Below, one piece after another: positions 1 to 10,731 of a DNA stretch of 64,000 bases. The stretch is from an uncultured bacterium (GTDB lineage: Bacteria > Planctomycetota > UBA1135 > GCA-002686595): contig CALSNU010000002.1 of assembly GCA_943787795.1 (NCBI GenBank), forward strand, positions 224,001 to 288,000, in the 5' to 3' direction. The first letter of the stretch is position 1; every line of letters begins with the position of its first letter. Both the position numbers and the translations under genes were made by a program. The notes beneath the pieces are model-generated. The model searched no databases and had not been told where the DNA came from. It was given only the letters and a program-made list of their open reading frames with translations.

Positions 1-204
1 GTGGACGCCCCGATGCCCCTGGACCGGATCGACCGGCTCTACCGACGCCCCGCCACCGGGGGCGAGCTGCGGCTGGTGCCCGTCGCCGCCAGGGTCCTCC
101 CGGACCGCCATGAGCCCGCCGAGCTCCCGCGCACCGAGCGCGCCTTCCCCAGCGACCACGGGGCCGTGGTGATCGACCTGGAGTGGCGCTCGGCTGGCCG
201 CTGA
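1..204 (+). CDS. 3' end of an endonuclease/exonuclease/phosphatase (EEP) family protein (partial)
   Basis: C-terminal motifs DRIDRLY and PSDHGAV match the EEP family RID...SDH pattern; the gene starts before the window. Confidence 0.65.
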   Translation: MDAPMPLDRIDRLYRRPATGGELRLVPVAARVLPDRHEPAELPRTERAFPSDHGAVVIDLEWRSAGR

Positions 205-332
205 GCGGCCCCTCGAGTCCCGGGATGAACGGAAGCGGGGGCGCCGATTGCCGCCCCCCCGCTCGCGCCCTAACTTGAGGGGTCGACGGCCCGCCTCCGA
301 ACACTCCGTTCGGGGTGCCGTCCCCCATCAGC

Positions 333-3300
333 ATGGCCCTCCACTCGACCGCAAGCGAGCCCACCGCGCCCTTCCGCCCCCAGCACCCCGTCCGCATCGT
401 GACGGCCGCGTCCCTGTTTGACGGGCACGACGCGGCGATCAACGTGATGCGCAGGATTCTGCAGTCGTCGGGGGCCGAGGTGATCCACCTGGGGCACAAC
501 CGCTCGGTGGCCGAGATCGTGGACTGCGCGATCCAGGAGGACGCCCACGGCATCGCGTTGACCTCCTACCAGGGGGGCCACGTGGAGTACTTCAAGTACA
601 TGGTCGAGCTGCTGGCCGAGCGCGGCGCGAACATCAAGGTCTTCGGGGGCGGCGGCGGCACGATCCTGCCCGAGGAGATCGAGGAGCTGCACGCGGCGGG
701 CGTGGCGCGCATCTACTCCCCGGACGACGGTCGGGCCCTGGGCCTGCAGGGGATGATCAACGACCTGCTCGAGCGGTGCGCCGAGGTCGACAAGTCCGAG
801 GCGGCCAGCCCCCCCATCGAGGACCTCATCGAGGACCTCCCGGCGCGCAGGCACGACGGGATCGCGCGACTCATCACCCTCGCTGAGAACCTGGAGGACG
901 GCGCCGACGTCATCGCTCGCCAGCTGGAGCAGCTGCACGCCTCTGGCGTAAAGAAGGACACGCCCGTGCTGGGTATCACCGGCACCGGCGGCTCGGGGAA
1001 GTCGAGCCTCGTGGACGAGCTGGTGCGCCGCTACCTGCGGGACCAGCCGGGCAAGACCATCGCGATCCTCTCGGTGGACCCGAGCAAGCGGAAGACCGGC
1101 GGGGCGCTGCTGGGCGACCGGATCCGCATGAACGCGATCCACGACGAGCGCGTCTTCATGCGTTCGCTCGCCACCCGGCAGGCCAACCTCGCCCTCTCCA
1201 AGCACGTGCAGTCGGCCATCGACCTCTGCAAGGCCGCGCGCTTCGACCTCATCGTCGTGGAGACCAGCGGCATCGGCCAGTCGGACACCGAGATCACGGA
1301 CCACAGCGACGCCTCCCTGTACGTGATGACGGCGGAATACGGCGCGGCGACGCAGCTCGAGAAGATCGACATGCTCGACTACGCCGACCTGGTCGCCATC
1401 AACAAGTTCGACAAGCGCGGCAGCCTCGACGCCATGCGCGACGTCAAGAAGCAGGTCCAGCGCGCCCGTGAGCTGTGGGAGGCGAGCCCCGACGACATGC
1501 CGGTGCACGGCACCATCGCCAGCCAGTTCAACGACGCCGGCACCAACCGCCTCTACCTGGCGCTCATGTCCAAGATCGTGGAGCGAACCGGCGCGCCCCT
1601 CGGCCCCGGCGGCGACCTCGCCACGGCCGACGGCGAGAAGCGCTCGGTGATCCCCCCGGACCGCGTGCGCTATCTGGACGAGATCAAGGAGAGCGCCGCG
1701 CGCTTCGACGCCTGGGTCGAGCGCCAGGCCGCCCTGGCCCGGACCCTCTACCAGCTCCACGGGTCCATCCTCGCCCTGCGCAGTGATGCGCCCAGCACGG
1801 ACGTGCTGCCCGCCCTTGAGGCGCAGGATGGCGACGGCCCTGGGGTCACCGCGCTGCTCGAGCGCTACGACGAGCTCGCCAAGGAGCTCGACGGGCGCGC
1901 GCGCAAGTCGCTGGAGGCCTGGCCCGGCATCCTGGAGCGCTTTGGCAAGGACCACTTCGAGTTCCAGGTCCGCGGCAAGACCCTGCGCCAGCCCCTCACC
2001 GTCGAGAGCCTCTCCGGCACCAAGGTCAAGCGCGTAGCGCTCCCCCGCTTCCGCGACTGGGGCGACGTGCTGCGCTGGCGCTTCCAGGAGAACGTCGCGG
2101 GCGAGTACCCCTTCACCGCCGGCGTCTTCCCCCTCAAGCGCCAGGGTGAGGACCCCGCGCGCATGTTCGCCGGCGAGGGCGGCCCGGAGCGCACCAACCG
2201 ACGCTTCCACTACGTCTCCCGCGGCCTCCCCGCGGCGCGCCTCTCCACCGCCTTCGACTCGGTGACCCTCTACGGCGAGGACCCCGCGACGCGCCCGGAC
2301 ATCTACGGCAAGGTCGGCAACTCGGGCGTCTCCATCGCGACGGTCGACGACGCCAAGAAGCTCTACAGCGGCTTCGACCTGTGCGCGCCGACCACGTCGG
2401 TCTCCATGACCATCAACGGGCCGGCGCCCATGGTGCTCGCGTTCTTCATGAACGCCGCCATCGACCAGCGCTGCGAGAAGCACATCCTCGAGCACGGCCT
2501 CCAGGCCGACGTCGAGGCGGCCTTCAAGGCCAAGTACGACGACCGCGGGCTTGCGCGGCCCAGCTACCAGGGCGAGCTCCCCGAGGGCAACGACGGCCTC
2601 GGCCTGATGCTGCTCGGGCTGTCGGGCGACGACGTCCTGCCGGCGGACACCTACGACGCCCTCAAGGCAGAGGCCATGAGCGCGGTGCGCGGCACGGTGC
2701 AGGCCGACATCCTCAAGGAGGACCAGGCCCAGAACACCTGCATCTTCTCCACCGAGTTCGCCCTGCGGATGATGGGCGACATCCAGGAGTCGTTCGTCCG
2801 GCGCGACGTCGGGAACTTCTACTCCGTCTCCATCAGCGGCTACCACATCGCCGAGGCCGGGGCGAACCCCATCACCCAGCTGGCCTTCACCCTCGCGAAC
2901 GGCTTCACCTACGTGGAGTACTACCTGTCGCGGGGCATGAAGATCGACGACTTCGCGCCCAACCTGTCGTTCTTCTTCTCCAACGGCACCGACCCCGAGT
3001 ACTCCGTCATCGGCCGCGTGGCCCGGCGCATCTGGGCCAAGGCCGTGCGGGAGATGTACGAGGGCTCCGAGCGCTCCCAGAAGCTCAAGTACCACATCCA
3101 GACCAGCGGCCGCTCCCTGCACGCGCAGGAGATCGCGTTCAACGACATCCGCACGACGCTGCAGGCTCTGTACGCGCTGTTCGACAACTGCAACAGCCTG
3201 CACACCAACGCGTACGACGAGGCGATCACGACGCCGACGGAGGAGTCCGTCCGCCGTGCCCTCGCGATCCAGCTCATCATCAACAAGGAGCTGGGCCTCG

Positions 3301-3788
3301 CGAAGAATGAGAACCCCCTCCAGGGCTCGTTCATCATCGAGGAGCTGACAGACCTCGTGGAGGCCGCGGTCATGGAGGAGTTCCACTCCATCTCCGAGCG
3401 CGGCGGCGTGCTTGGCGCCATGGAGCGCATGTACCAGCGGTCCAAGATCCAGGAGGAGTCCCTGCACTACGAGGCGCTCAAGCACTCCGGCGCGCTCCCC
3501 ATCGTCGGGGTGAACACGTTCCTCGATGACAAGGGCTCGCCCACCATCGTCCCCGGCGAGGTCATCCGCTCCACCGAGGAGGAGAAGCAGTACGCCATCG
3601 CGAGCCGCGAGGCCTTCCAGGCCCGGAACCAGGACGCCTCCGGCGCCGCGCTCGACGGCCTCCAGCGGACCGCGCTCGACGGCGGCAACACCTTCGACGC
3701 ACTCCTCGAGGTCGCCAAGGTGGCCTCCCTCGGTGACATGTCCGCGGCCCTCTACGAGGTGGGCGGGCAGTACCGCCGGAACATGTGA
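333..3788 (+). CDS. icmF: Fused isobutyryl-CoA mutase / GTPase chaperone IcmF
   Basis: N-terminal cobalamin-binding domain ([16 protein letters not shown]), MeaB-like GTPase ([16 protein letters not shown]) and mutase barrel (RMFAGEG with Phe, [21 protein letters not shown]). ATG at 333. Confidence 0.95.
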   Translation: MALHSTASEPTAPFRPQHPVRIVTAASLFDGHDAAINVMRRILQSSGAEVIHLGHNRSVAEIVDCAIQEDAHGIALTSYQGGHVEYFKYMVELLAERGANIKVFGGGGGTILPEEIEELHAAGVARIYSPDDGRALGLQGMINDLLERCAEVDKSEAASPPIEDLIEDLPARRHDGIARLITLAENLEDGADVIARQLEQLHASGVKKDTPVLGITGTGGSGKSSLVDELVRRYLRDQPGKTIAILSVDPSKRKTGGALLGDRIRMNAIHDERVFMRSLATRQANLALSKHVQSAIDLCKAARFDLIVVETSGIGQSDTEITDHSDASLYVMTAEYGAATQLEKIDMLDYADLVAINKFDKRGSLDAMRDVKKQVQRARELWEASPDDMPVHGTIASQFNDAGTNRLYLALMSKIVERTGAPLGPGGDLATADGEKRSVIPPDRVRYLDEIKESAARFDAWVERQAALARTLYQLHGSILALRSDAPSTDVLPALEAQDGDGPGVTALLERYDELAKELDGRARKSLEAWPGILERFGKDHFEFQVRGKTLRQPLTVESLSGTKVKRVALPRFRDWGDVLRWRFQENVAGEYPFTAGVFPLKRQGEDPARMFAGEGGPERTNRRFHYVSRGLPAARLSTAFDSVTLYGEDPATRPDIYGKVGNSGVSIATVDDAKKLYSGFDLCAPTTSVSMTINGPAPMVLAFFMNAAIDQRCEKHILEHGLQADVEAAFKAKYDDRGLARPSYQGELPEGNDGLGLMLLGLSGDDVLPADTYDALKAEAMSAVRGTVQADILKEDQAQNTCIFSTEFALRMMGDIQESFVRRDVGNFYSVSISGYHIAEAGANPITQLAFTLANGFTYVEYYLSRGMKIDDFAPNLSFFFSNGTDPEYSVIGRVARRIWAKAVREMYEGSERSQKLKYHIQTSGRSLHAQEIAFNDIRTTLQALYALFDNCNSLHTNAYDEAITTPTEESVRRALAIQLIINKELGLAKNENPLQGSFIIEELTDLVEAAVMEEFHSISERGGVLGAMERMYQRSKIQEESLHYEALKHSGALPIVGVNTFLDDKGSPTIVPGEVIRSTEEEKQYAIASREAFQARNQDASGAALDGLQRTALDGGNTFDALLEVAKVASLGDMSAALYEVGGQYRRNM

Positions 3789-3882
3789 GCGGGCGACGGC
3801 CGAGGGTTCTCGCCGGTTCTCGCCAAGGGATGGGCCTCGAGGTACGTACGCATGGGGCCGGCCACCCGTCGCCGGTGCCCTG

Positions 3883-5544
3883 ATGACCTCCGCCCGCCGA
3901 ACCGCCGCCGCTGCAGCCACCGCCGCCCTTGCCTGCGCCCTGTGGCTCGCGTTGGGCAGCGCCGACAGGGACATTGACACGGGCGCGGCGATCCGCGTCG
4001 CCGTGGTGGATGGCGCGGAGGAGAAGGCCCCCAGCGCGGCCGACCTGTTCGCCGTCCGCTCCAAGGAGCGCAGGCGCGCCGTGGCCGCCGCCACACTCGA
4101 TGCCGCCACGATCGACGCAGCGAGCACTCAGGAGCCTCAAGGGCTCTCGGTCACCGGTCGCGTCCGCGCGGACACGACGTTCTCTCCGGAGGCCGTCACG
4201 ACGATCTGGGCGCATCGGCCGGGCGTCGTCGAGGACAAGGCGAGGTCAGTGAAGGCAGCCCCGAGCACCTCACGCGCATGGAACTTCGAGTCGCTTCCCC
4301 CGGGGTCCTGGGTCTTCACCGCCTTCGTGGTCGAGGGGGAGCGGGCCGCGCTCGGTTCGGTGGGTCCGGTAGACGTGCTCAAGGGGATGGCGCCCGTCTC
4401 AATCGAGGCCGTCGAATACTCGGTCGGTGGCGTGGTGACCGACTCGGGCGGCCAGCCGCTCGCCGGGATCCCGGTCAACCTGACGTGGGCCTCCACCCAG
4501 CAGCACCGCCTCCCCTCACGCCACTTCCCGCCCAGCTTGGGCGGAGGGGAAGACCTCGCGCAGTTCTTCGGCGGCCTCTCCAGCAATCTGCCCCACGTGA
4601 ACGACGCGCAGCAACGGACCACGGACACCTTGGGACGCTTCTCGTTCGCAGTCGCTGGACCCGGGACCGCGGAGCTCCGCGCGCCGGGGAGCACGATCAT
4701 CGGCCTGGAAGCCATCACCTTCGGGCAGCCGAAGGGCGGGAGGGTCGAGGGGAGCGTCCAGATCGGGCCGGACCACCAGATGCTCGTGAGCTTCGAGATG
4801 GGGAGCCCGACCTCCCCGCAGCCAGCGCGGCCCATGACCTCCGAGGAGGCGGTGATCATCTCGGAGGAGTTCTCCACGTCCGTGCTTGGGCTCGCGGCAG
4901 ATGGCGCGGGCGATGACGGAACCTGGCTTGCCTCACGGGTTGAGGTTCAGCTGACCCCTGCCAAGCCCAGGGTCGACGACCTCGTCCTCCAGCTCCACCA
5001 GACAGCGAAGCTGAAGGGTCGGCTGCGGGCCGATGCGGGAGGACCGGAGGGCATCGACTGCTTCCTCCGGCTGCTCTCGGAGGGGGCCCCGAAGGGCGCG
5101 GCCCGCCAGCAGCACGTCTCGACCGATGAGAACGGCGAGTTCACCTTCGAGCGCTGCGCCCCAGGCGATTACTTCCTCTACGCCCGCTCGGGCGGCGCAG
5201 ACGGGCAGGACTACAGCCTCCGGGTGACCCTCACCCTCGAAGAGGGCGAGGAGCGCTTCCTCAACGACCGCCTGACCCCGTCCGCCCGGATCAACGGCGT
5301 CGTCCATGACCGCGAGGGCACTCCGCTCGTTGGAGTCGACGTCCTGGCCACCGGTTGCCGGAACGGCAACCTGACCCGACGGGCCACCACCGACGCCAGC
5401 GGCATGTACACCCTCAAGGGGCTATACGAGGGCGAGTACGAGCTCAAGCTGGCGAACAACAGCGTCGAGGAGCGCCTGATCATCAAGGTCCCAGAGGGCG
5501 GCGCGGCGATCGAGGCGGCGACGCTGGTCGCGTCAGACATCTGA
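3883..5544 (+). CDS. Membrane-anchored/secreted protein with carboxypeptidase-regulatory-like (CarboxypepD_reg) beta-sandwich repeats
   Basis: N-terminal hydrophobic segment and repeated G-x-V-x-D-x2-G-x-P-L-x-G ... TD-x2-G-x-F/Y motifs. Confidence 0.7.
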   Translation: MTSARRTAAAAATAALACALWLALGSADRDIDTGAAIRVAVVDGAEEKAPSAADLFAVRSKERRRAVAAATLDAATIDAASTQEPQGLSVTGRVRADTTFSPEAVTTIWAHRPGVVEDKARSVKAAPSTSRAWNFESLPPGSWVFTAFVVEGERAALGSVGPVDVLKGMAPVSIEAVEYSVGGVVTDSGGQPLAGIPVNLTWASTQQHRLPSRHFPPSLGGGEDLAQFFGGLSSNLPHVNDAQQRTTDTLGRFSFAVAGPGTAELRAPGSTIIGLEAITFGQPKGGRVEGSVQIGPDHQMLVSFEMGSPTSPQPARPMTSEEAVIISEEFSTSVLGLAADGAGDDGTWLASRVEVQLTPAKPRVDDLVLQLHQTAKLKGRLRADAGGPEGIDCFLRLLSEGAPKGAARQQHVSTDENGEFTFERCAPGDYFLYARSGGADGQDYSLRVTLTLEEGEERFLNDRLTPSARINGVVHDREGTPLVGVDVLATGCRNGNLTRRATTDASGMYTLKGLYEGEYELKLANNSVEERLIIKVPEGGAAIEAATLVASDI

Positions 5545-5552
5545 CGGGGACC

Positions 5553-5894
5553 TCAGTTCCAGACCTCGGCGGGCCCGTTGATGAGGGCCTCCGCAGGGAG
5601 TCTGCCGGTCATGGGGTCGGCGCAGAGCGGGCACCCCGACACCGCGTGGCCCCCCCCACCGTGACGCGCCGCCTCGAACTGCGCGCGGGTGCGCGCCATC
5701 GCATCGCTCTGGCCAGGTCTCTCCGATCCACCCCCCGGATACGGCGCCGTGACCTCCAATCGGTCGTGAGCCACCGCGCCTCGAGGGGCCTGGCGGCCTC
5801 CCGCAGCCGCCACATCAGCGCCACCCGGAGCGCCACAGCCCAGCACGACCAAGCCCAGGAGGCCGTGGAGCACGGTGGAGAGGGGACGCTGCAT
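5553..5894 (-). CDS. Hypothetical lipoprotein with a CPLC motif
   Basis: ATG at 5894, lipobox-like LVVLGC; it fills the gap between neighbouring genes. Confidence 0.4.
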   Translation of the reverse strand: MQRPLSTVLHGLLGLVVLGCGAPGGADVAAAGGRQAPRGAVAHDRLEVTAPYPGGGSERPGQSDAMARTRAQFEAARHGGGGHAVSGCPLCADPMTGRLPAEALINGPAEVWN

Positions 5895-5912
5895 GGCTTC
5901 GGAGTCGACGAT

Positions 5913-6018
5913 GTTCACTGACGGACCCGGTTCACTGACGGACCCGGTTCCCTGGCGGACCCTGGTCACGGACGGAAGAGGGGTCCACTGAGGAACAGAG
6001 GTCCACTGAGGAACAGGG
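5913..6018. repeat. Degenerate 17-18 bp tandem repeats
   Basis: GTTCACTGACGGACCCG x2 plus degenerate copies, then GTCCACTGAGGAACAG at 5983 and 6001. Confidence 0.7.
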
Positions 6019-6124
6019 GCGGATGTACCGAGGGATCAGGGTCAGGCCACCGCCCACAAGATCTTAATCCGCCCGGGCTCACCCCACGGAGGCAAGAGCG
6101 CCTCGCCCAAACTAGACTCATTCC

Positions 6125-6550
6125 GTGCAGCACCCCAACGACGCGCCCAAGGCCTCCATCCTGTTCCTATGTGGCCATAACGCAGGTCGCTCCCAGATGG
6201 CCGCGGGCTGGGCCCAGGCGCTCGGCGGCGACCACGTCGAGATCTTCTCCGGTGGCTCCTCCCCCGCCGAGGTGGTCAACCCGGTGGCGGTCGAGGCCAT
6301 GGCCGAGGTGGGCGTGGACATCTCCGGAGCCGCGCCAAAGCGCTGGACCGAGGAGATCGTCGCCAAGGTCGACGTGGTGGTCTCCATGGGCTGCGGAGAC
6401 CGCTGCCCCATCCTGCCGAGCCAGCGCTACCTGGACTGGACGCTCACCGACCCGGCCGGCGAGGGCATCACCCTCGTGAGGGCCGTGCGGGACGAGATCA
6501 AGGGTCACGTGGAGCAGCTGCTTGCCGAGCTCGGGGTCCCCACCGCATGA
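6125..6550 (+). CDS. arsC: Arsenate reductase, LMW-PTP (thioredoxin/mycothiol-type) family
   Basis: P-loop FLCGHNAGRSQMA, MGCGDRCP, DW...DP motifs. Confidence 0.88.
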   Translation: MQHPNDAPKASILFLCGHNAGRSQMAAGWAQALGGDHVEIFSGGSSPAEVVNPVAVEAMAEVGVDISGAAPKRWTEEIVAKVDVVVSMGCGDRCPILPSQRYLDWTLTDPAGEGITLVRAVRDEIKGHVEQLLAELGVPTA

Positions 6551-7209
6551 ACCAGCGCGCACTCCTCGCCGAGTTTGTGGGTACCGCGGCGCTCCTCGCT
6601 GGCGTGGTGGGCTCGGGCATCATGGCCGAGCGCCTCTCGCCGAGCGACGTCGGCCTCCAACTCCTCCAGAACGCCATCGCCACCGCGGCCGTTCTCGTGG
6701 CGCTGATCCTTGCGCTCCAGAAGGCCTCAGGAGCGCACTTCAATCCAGCGGTCACTCTCGCCGCCCGGCTCTCGAACGAACTCTCCACCCGCGCGGCCCT
6801 GGGCTACATCGCGGCCCAGTTCATCGGCGCGGTCCTCGGCGTCTCCCTCGCGAACCTGATGTTCGAGCTCCCGGCCGTCGAGCTCTCCACCAAGGTCCGC
6901 AGCGGACCGCATCTCCTCCTGGCAGAGTTCCTGGCGACGCTTGGCCTGGTGGGCGTCATCCAGGGCGTCGTCCGCTCCGGCCGGGCGCACCTCGCAGCCT
7001 ACGCCGTTGGGGCGTACATCGCGGGGGCGTACTACTTCACGTCGTCCACGAGCTTCGCCAACCCCGCCGTCACCGTCGCGCGCGCGCTCACCGACACCTT
7101 CGCCGGTATCGCTCCGTCCAACGTCCCGGCCTTCATCGCCGCCCAGCTCGTCGGCGCCGCCGCGGCTGTGCCGCTGCTCAGGCGCATCTATCCCTGCGAC
7201 GAAGGCTGA
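6547..7209 (+). CDS. MIP/aquaporin family channel (arsenite-channel AqpS-like)
   Basis: Two NPA boxes (SGAHFNPAVT, SFANPAVT); ATGA overlap with arsC. Confidence 0.88.
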   Translation: MNQRALLAEFVGTAALLAGVVGSGIMAERLSPSDVGLQLLQNAIATAAVLVALILALQKASGAHFNPAVTLAARLSNELSTRAALGYIAAQFIGAVLGVSLANLMFELPAVELSTKVRSGPHLLLAEFLATLGLVGVIQGVVRSGRAHLAAYAVGAYIAGAYYFTSSTSFANPAVTVARALTDTFAGIAPSNVPAFIAAQLVGAAAAVPLLRRIYPCDEG

Positions 7210-7253
7210 CGGGACGCAGCAAGCTGGGTCGGCCTTCCTTGCTCTGCTCCGTG

Positions 7254-7362
7254 CCTCAGCTCCAAGCCTCAGCTCCCAGCTTCAGCTCTTCCGGCTGCGC
7301 TCCTTTGGCTGCGTTCCTTTGGCTGCGTTTCTTTGGCTGAGCGCCATTGGCTGAGCTCCGCC
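7254..7362. repeat. Intergenic degenerate tandem repeats (13 bp x3, 14 bp x5)
   Basis: CCTCAGCTCCAAG-like x3, then GGCTGCGYTYCTTT-like units at 7293, 7307, 7321, 7335 and 7349. Confidence 0.75.
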
Positions 7363-7520
7363 GGCCCGCTCCCCGCTCAGCGAACCGATTCAGCGCTCCA
7401 CGTGACCGCACCGGCTCGCCTCTCCGGCCCCTTGCCCCGTCTCGATCGGCCCTCCCCCTGACCCTGCTCAGGGCAGCTGAGCCCTCGGGCTCCACCAGGC
7501 CGAGCGCCCGGACGACAGAA

Positions 7521-7557
7521 ACGCCCCCCGGTGAGTCATCGACTCGCCGGGGGGCGT
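7521..7557 (-). terminator. Intrinsic terminator-like hairpin
   Basis: ACGCCCCCCGGTGAGTC / GACTCGCCGGGGGGCGT stem, followed on the minus strand by TTCTGT, about 40 nt after the stop at 7596. Confidence 0.7.
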
Positions 7558-7595
7558 CCATTGGGTGCAGCGGCCGAGGCCGCCACCGGCCAAGA

Positions 7596-9002
7596 TCAGT
7601 TGAAGGTGATCTCGTAGCCGTCCGTGAAGTTGCTCGTCGCCGAGCCGCCGATGGCGTCGCGGTACCAGGCCTGGAAGCTCCAGGTCTCGCCAGCCGACAC
7701 GGCCACGAGCCCAGTGGGCTGCGGGACCTGCGTGTTGTCGATCGCAAGCGCGATCTCACCGGTGGAACCAGCGTTCTGGATCTGGCCCGTGCCGACGTAA
7801 CGGCCAATCGCACCACCAAGGCAGAGGTCGCCCTGGCTACCACCGGGGTTCGAAACGGAACCCTGGGTCTGCGACGTCAGGAAGAAGCCGAAGGAGTTGT
7901 TCGGCAGAGCGCTGGCCTCGAGGACCAGGTCGTTCGCGGCAACGTTGTTGGTACCGGAAGCGCTCATCGCGGCGCCGACGCCGGTCGAGTTGATGTTGGC
8001 CGAGCAGTAGTTCACGCCCGGGGCGACCGGACCGCTGCTGCAGATCCGCCCGTTCCAGACGCGGGGCGTGAAGACGTTCCCGGTGAAGGGCGCGTTCGTC
8101 GCGGTGCCCAGGTCCAGCGTGATGACGCCATCGGCGCTCACGAAGTTCTGGTTGGTACCGTTTCCGTTCGTGTAGTCGTGATCCATCTGGGCGCCGGTGG
8201 TGAAGTTGTCACCCACAAGCGCGATCCCAGTGGCACCGGCCGGAAGCGAGAAAGGCGTGACGAACGGGATCACAGTCTGCCCGTTCTGACCAAGGCCGAT
8301 ACCCGTGCCATCATCCTCGGCCACGAGGGTCCAGGCCGTCGGGTCATTCTCGTTCCCGGCGTAGGTGGTCGCGCAGGTGTAGACCTGAAGGCCGACCGTG
8401 GTGGTGCTCGACGTGTTCGCGAGGAGGTAGTCCACCGAGATCGGGGCCGTGAGCGTGACGTCGAAGTAGACCGCACCGCCGGCAGCACCGCCGTTGTTCG
8501 CCTGGAAGATCGACTCTGCGCAGTTCGGGCCGCCGGGGGGCGGGGGGGGCGGGGGGGTCTGCTCGGTAACGTCAATCTGACCGAAGCCGGTGCCACCCGC
8601 GAATCCTGCGATCCGAGCGTAGTAGGTGGAGCCAGCGACAATGCCGCTGGCGGTCACCGAGCTCTGGAGGCCGCAGGAGTCGTCATTGCACTGGATCAGG
8701 TTGAGCGCGTTGCAGGACCCATCAAAAATCTCAAGCGCGGTGTCGTACGACGAGCCGCAGAGCGAGAACACGAGGTCGTTCGTGTTGGCAGCGGTGATGC
8801 TGTACCAGATGTCCGGGCCGCCGCCGCCGGCGCAGCTGAAGGGGAGGAGCCCTTCGTCGATGGCCGTGGTGGTGTCGAAGGCGGTCGGGGTGCCGATCGT
8901 GAGGCCGATCGCGTTGGCGCAGTCGTCGTTCGCCGCTTGGGCGGACGCACTACCTGCGGCCACGATCGCGGCAGCGACCGTCATCGTTGTTTTCTTGAGC
9001 AT
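7596..9002 (-). CDS. Secreted Cys/Asn/Gly-rich protein: one PPC-like repeat, a central beta domain and a conserved C-terminal domain
   Basis: Signal peptide (ASA-QA), NDDC...PDIWY...SYDT...CNDD domain, poly-Pro linker, C-terminus YC...NSTG...LCLGG...FQAWYRD...SNF. Confidence 0.85.
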   Translation of the reverse strand: MLKKTTMTVAAAIVAAGSASAQAANDDCANAIGLTIGTPTAFDTTTAIDEGLLPFSCAGGGGPDIWYSITAANTNDLVFSLCGSSYDTALEIFDGSCNALNLIQCNDDSCGLQSSVTASGIVAGSTYYARIAGFAGGTGFGQIDVTEQTPPPPPPPGGPNCAESIFQANNGGAAGGAVYFDVTLTAPISVDYLLANTSSTTTVGLQVYTCATTYAGNENDPTAWTLVAEDDGTGIGLGQNGQTVIPFVTPFSLPAGATGIALVGDNFTTGAQMDHDYTNGNGTNQNFVSADGVITLDLGTATNAPFTGNVFTPRVWNGRICSSGPVAPGVNYCSANINSTGVGAAMSASGTNNVAANDLVLEASALPNNSFGFFLTSQTQGSVSNPGGSQGDLCLGGAIGRYVGTGQIQNAGSTGEIALAIDNTQVPQPTGLVAVSAGETWSFQAWYRDAIGGSATSNFTDGYEITFN

Positions 9003-9312
9003 GTCGAGAAGCAGTAGGAAAGTACGAGGGTAACCAGCTCGAGCATCGAGACTGGTCCCCGATAAGGGAAGGGGAACGCGCGTCTAGGGCGCCCCCTCGT
9101 GAGGCTACTCAATCCCATTGAATTCCGTGAGGGCGATAACGCCTCCGATTTCGGACCGGTGCCTCTGACCGTCCGCGCCGAGTTGGCTGGCCTCCCGCAT
9201 GTGTCTCATTCAGGGAGGGGCTATTGACCCGATCGCCTCCCGGCCGAGTCGACTTCACTCGAGGATCGCCGATCTCACCCGAGGGCGATCCGACGGGTCG
9301 ACTCGCGCGGAG

Positions 9313-10554
9313 TCAGCGCACGACGCCAGTGATCGGTACGCGGACCAACGGCTTCTTCTCGTACCCCGTGTCAAAGGCTAGCTCGCAGCGAATCGTTCCC
9401 TTGAAACCGGCCGGTACGTCGGTGATCTTGACGTTCGCCCAGATCGCATTCTCGCCCTCGACGGGCTGCGTCTTGACGCTCAGCTGCTCCGCCAGGGGGA
9501 CCTCGAGACCGAGGGTTCCTCGGATGTAAGCCCTCGCCTTCGAGAGATCGATACCGGGCTTCGTCGCCACGAGCTTGACTCGCTGCAGGTAGTTCTGCCC
9601 GGCGCGGAGCTGGCCAAAGCTGACCACCCCCGGCGAGATCTCAAGGTCTCCAAGAACACGGAAGTTCGTGAGGACGTTGACGCAGAAATGGGCTGAGGTG
9701 GGCCCGAAGACCCGGCCCCGCTTCAGCGCCGCCTCGCGACGCCTTCGAAGGAGCGGCGTCTCCGGCATCGGGTGATCGGAGACCAGGAGGAAGCGGTAGC
9801 CGCCGGGGCCCTCGTCCATCCCAGGGGCAAGCTGGATGCGGAGCTTCCAGTGGGTCGATCGACCATCAGCCAGTGGACGCACAGGATCCAGCTGGAACGT
9901 CATGCCCCTTGGAAGAGGCCGCCTCGACGCCTCATCCTGGGTGAATCGCACCGGCTTGCCGGTTGTGCTGATGATGTTGATCTCGCCGGATCGCCGCTCT
10001 TCCTGCCGAAGGTCGCCAAAGATGAGCCCGAGAGGGGTCACCCGGAACCGAGGCTCGACGTCTGCGATCAACTCGAACGTCGTCGGCACGTCCGAGGCGT
10101 TGGTGACCAGCTGGACCGTGAGCTTCGAGCGATCCTGCTTGAGGAGAGTGTCCACCGCCATCTCCAGCGTGACCTCTGCTCCAGGGGGAATCGGCTCGCC
10201 GACCTCGTAGGGCTGATAGCTGTCGGCCCCGGCACTCTTGTAGGTGAGCACTGGATCCAGGCAGCCGCAGTTGGCGATCGCGCGCTCGATGACCAGGGGC
10301 GAGCCGCCGCCGGTCTTGAACTCGAAGCGATGGCTCAGCGGCACCCCCTGGCGACGCATCGGCGCCTGGAAGGAGGCCTTGGCCGGATCCACGATGATCT
10401 TCGGCGGCTGGTCATCATCCGAGAGCACGCGCTCTGACGGAGCGTCAACCCACCCGCTCTGGGCCGCCGCAGGCGCGCCAGAGAGCGTCAAGACCGTCAC
10501 CAAGAGGGCGGACGAGAATCGCAAGGAGAGGGCTGTTTGTTTCGTTCGAAGCAT
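9313..10554 (-). CDS. DUF1573-domain secreted protein (Ig-like repeats)
   Basis: Signal peptide; F.F...G..PL.I....NCGC...IPPG motif typical of DUF1573. Confidence 0.7.
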   Translation of the reverse strand: MLRTKQTALSLRFSSALLVTVLTLSGAPAAAQSGWVDAPSERVLSDDDQPPKIIVDPAKASFQAPMRRQGVPLSHRFEFKTGGGSPLVIERAIANCGCLDPVLTYKSAGADSYQPYEVGEPIPPGAEVTLEMAVDTLLKQDRSKLTVQLVTNASDVPTTFELIADVEPRFRVTPLGLIFGDLRQEERRSGEINIISTTGKPVRFTQDEASRRPLPRGMTFQLDPVRPLADGRSTHWKLRIQLAPGMDEGPGGYRFLLVSDHPMPETPLLRRRREAALKRGRVFGPTSAHFCVNVLTNFRVLGDLEISPGVVSFGQLRAGQNYLQRVKLVATKPGIDLSKARAYIRGTLGLEVPLAEQLSVKTQPVEGENAIWANVKITDVPAGFKGTIRCELAFDTGYEKKPLVRVPITGVVR

Positions 10555-10650
10555 GTGGTGACCGTGGGTGAGATCCGGCGACCCCATGCTAGCGCAGATC
10601 CCGACGAGGAGAAGCGACTTGAGCGTCAGGACCCGGTGGTCCCAGAAACA

Positions 10651-10691
10651 GCGCGCCCCCCGTCAAGCAAGATGCTCGACGGGGGGCGCGC
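10651..10691 (-). terminator. Intrinsic terminator-like hairpin
   Basis: GCGCGCCCCCCGTC...GACGGGGGGCGCGC stem about 40 nt after the stop at 10732, then TGTTTCT on the minus strand. Confidence 0.7.
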
Positions 10692-10731
10692 CTGTTGGCT
10701 GCAGCGGACGTCAGTCCGCCGCGGACGAAGA

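Noticed and set aside
205..332. Cobalamin riboswitch upstream of icmF (also checked ahead of mutA)
   Set aside because: No recognisable B12-box by eye; the space holds only a GC hairpin, and mutA has no leader because it overlaps the upstream gene. An Rfam scan would be decisive.
270..4127. 1285-aa minus-strand ORF and similar long antisense ORFs (e.g. 7347-9017, 10537-12582, 16104-18545, 20941-22680, 46825-48648, 54702-56765)
   Set aside because: These are shadow frames of well-supported genes on the opposite strand, expected with high-GC codon bias, and carry no family motifs.
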